64,000 bases of DNA, taken from NCBI RefSeq assembly GCF_009914755.1, contig NC_060934.1. One strand, written 5' to 3'. The notes under the pieces were generated by a model that worked only from the letters and a program-made list of their open reading frames with translations, did no database searches and was not told the DNA's origin. This stretch comes from the human T2T-CHM13v2.0 reference genome, Homo sapiens. Made by a program: the position numbers and the translations under genes. Shown here piece by piece: positions 61,270 to 64,000 of this stretch (positions within the stretch are counted from its first letter, which is position 1; each line of letters opens with the position of its first letter).

Positions 61270-61713
61270 TCCTGATAGGTTAGGTTTATGCTGTAGCCAC
61301 AAAACCCCAGAGGTTTAATACAACAAAAATTTTATTTCTCACTCATTCACAAATCCTACATGATTTGGTTGGGTGAATATTGAGGGGCTGCTCCATATGA
61401 TTCCTCAGGGACTCAGGATGACTGGGGTTCCACCATCTTATAGCTGAGCTAACTGGAACATGTGGCCTTGATCACTGAGATGGGGAAGAGAGAGTACTGA
61501 AGGGTCTCACCCCTGCAATTACATTGCAATTACAATTACAGTACTGAAGGGTCTCACCCCAGCCTGGAGATAGCATCACGTCTACTCACAGCCCATTGGC
61601 CATAACTAATCACATGGTCCCCACTTAACTACAAGGGAGGCAGAAAGCGTAATCCCCCTGTGTGCCCAGAAGAAAAGAACTAGATGAGCATGAGCACTAG
61701 AAGTCTCTCCACA
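61270..61713 (-). mobile_element. old MaLR LTR (MLT1I/J-like)
   Basis: ttatgctgtag...aatttatttctcactc...ccattggcc...cacatggtcccacttaactacaagg. Confidence 0.7.
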
Positions 61714-62320
61714 AGCTTTTGATTATGTTCTTGGTTCCCTCACTCACTTGCAGCAAAGTTGTCTCAGGAAGTATCACATTCTTCATTTGTAAAAAGGGGA
61801 TAATGTAAGTGATGAAAAGTCAAGTATGTATTGCCAATTTTCCAGTTTGGAAAAGACTAATCAATAATTTAGGCATCCTCTGTGTGAAGGTCTTGGTCTT
61901 TTCTCTTTCCTAGTAATGAGGAGGTAGAATGGTAGGTGCGTAATTAGGGGCAGAAGCAGTCCCCTTAGAAGGCCCCAGATGTCTCCCTCCAGGGCAAGGC
62001 TTAGCCTCATTTCCTGCCATAGAACAACTCCTGCAACTGCATACCACCCTCACCCCAGAGCCTCAGGGCACCTGGCTTCTCCTGCTCTGTAGGCCTATAT
62101 GGAGGCCCATTGACCAGGTCTCAATTATGTAACATCTGGCCTAATTAAACGTGTACTGTTTACCTTTATTCATGCAATTGCCATTGAAAGAGTAGGATTT
62201 GGGATTGGGGTGATCTGGGTGATCTAATATTGCAAGTTATTATGTCCTAACTTGGAGTCAGTGTACAAGAAACAATGATCAGAGTTCAGAAGACAGTGGG
62301 TATTTCAGTATGCATATTCA

Positions 62321-62725
<405 letters not shown>

Positions 62726-64000
62726 TTAAACATCGGTTGATTGAGTTTTTTTCATTGTTTGTTTGGTTTTTGCATAAAGAAATGTTTGATATCACATTTG
62801 TCTTGTCCGTGTTTCTTGTGACAGGCCCCAGCACTAGTGTGGCAATCCTCAACTGCAGGCTTCTGAGGACAGAACTGTGTGCTGCCTGCTTCACTCTCTC
62901 TCCAAGCTCCTTTTGCAATGCAAAATAAGGTGTTTAATAAATGATGAGGCTGGTGAAGGTGGTCTGCAGTGACAGCCTTCATATTTAATTCACTACACCC
63001 TCATTCTTTCCTATTCTTTAGAAGTACTGTTGGGACCTTCAAATCTCATAAATATTCTACTGCCCTCCTCCCCCTCCTCCTCCCTCCTCTCCAGAAAAAT
63101 TCCATCTGTGCAAATCCCATTTTGTTCCAAGGGTGATAATCTTCAGGGAAACTTATGGAATGTGATGGGTTTACTGGAGTTCCTGGGTGACAGGCCCCCA
63201 AGAACCCCCTTCAGTTCTGCAGAGCTTACTGTAGAGATGACATCAATGTCCCCTGGCCATCTGGAATGAACTGAGTGTGAGGTGGAGAGAGTGTGGGCTT
63301 TGAAGTGTCTCCCACCTGATTTGAATCCCACCCCTGCCGTTGACTGGTTGTGCGACATTGGGTCTCAGTTCAGATCTTGTTCACTTGTGTTCTGTAGTGG
63401 ATCCTGGCATCTGTTGCTCCATCTGCCTGCCACAGTTTCCCATCCCTCTTCCTCTGGTTTTGATTCCTTGAGGGGAATTCCTCATCCACCTCACATGGTC
63501 CTACTGTGGCTATCAGTCATGGAATCACAAAGGGATCTTCCTCACTCACTGGAGTGGGCAGGTGACCCAAAGCGCTCCATTGCACTGGCCCCACTCACTG
63601 TGCGAGGGAGGAGCCTCATTCTCAAGCAACCCCAGTTAGCATTTCTCCTGGGACTAGTGCATGGAGAGAAACAATCCCTTTTGCACATGGGCTGCCTAGA
63701 AAGAATGTGAGTCTGGGGCTTCGGGCATCTGTTCTGTTTGACATGTGGCAATATCCTTTGAGAATGAAGAAAAACAGACAAGCAGCCTGAGAGCTAGGGC
63801 GGGGGACAGAGGCTTGGCCACATGGCTTCCACCCTTGCATGCAGTGGGCCTGGAGTCAGCACCACCCCTGACTTCCCAAGGACAGAAGCCAGCACTTCCC
63901 CTTTTTGTTTCAGCAACTTTGGGTTGGGTTTCTGTCACATGCACTTAAAAGAGTTTGAATACAAATACCTTTATCATCCTCTAGTTTTTAAAACACATTA

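Noticed and set aside
61493-61560. CRISPR-like repeat-spacer-repeat (also 28766-28813)
   Set aside because: Only two units, spacer derived from local sequence, primate context and no cas genes

Overview
This is primate (most likely human or ape) non-coding genomic DNA, not microbial. It holds about 31 Alu elements (J, S and Y subfamilies), many ancient L1 fragments, MIR and L2 relics, MaLR LTRs and MER DNA transposons. No ORF in the track is a credible protein-coding gene: they are Alu-, L1- or simple-repeat-derived, or short chance ORFs. L1 fragments lie mostly on the minus strand, which suggests a large intron of a plus-strand gene that I cannot name. There is one orphan CpG island (~17.8-18.45 kb) and several repeat-free blocks that look like enhancers. 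The most unusual signal is three short-range (1.1-1.6 kb) local duplications between 7.3 and 18.5 kb. One is a multi-step inverted template-switch insertion with a fold-back hairpin and duplicated junction. One is a ~120 bp direct duplication. One is an inverted, CpG-decayed copy of part of the CpG island inserted into an old L1. Several small templated-insertion scars occur elsewhere. I found no evidence of a novel coding system. Repeat subfamily names come from remembered consensus sequences and need RepeatMasker/Dfam confirmation. Boundaries of old repeats are approximate.
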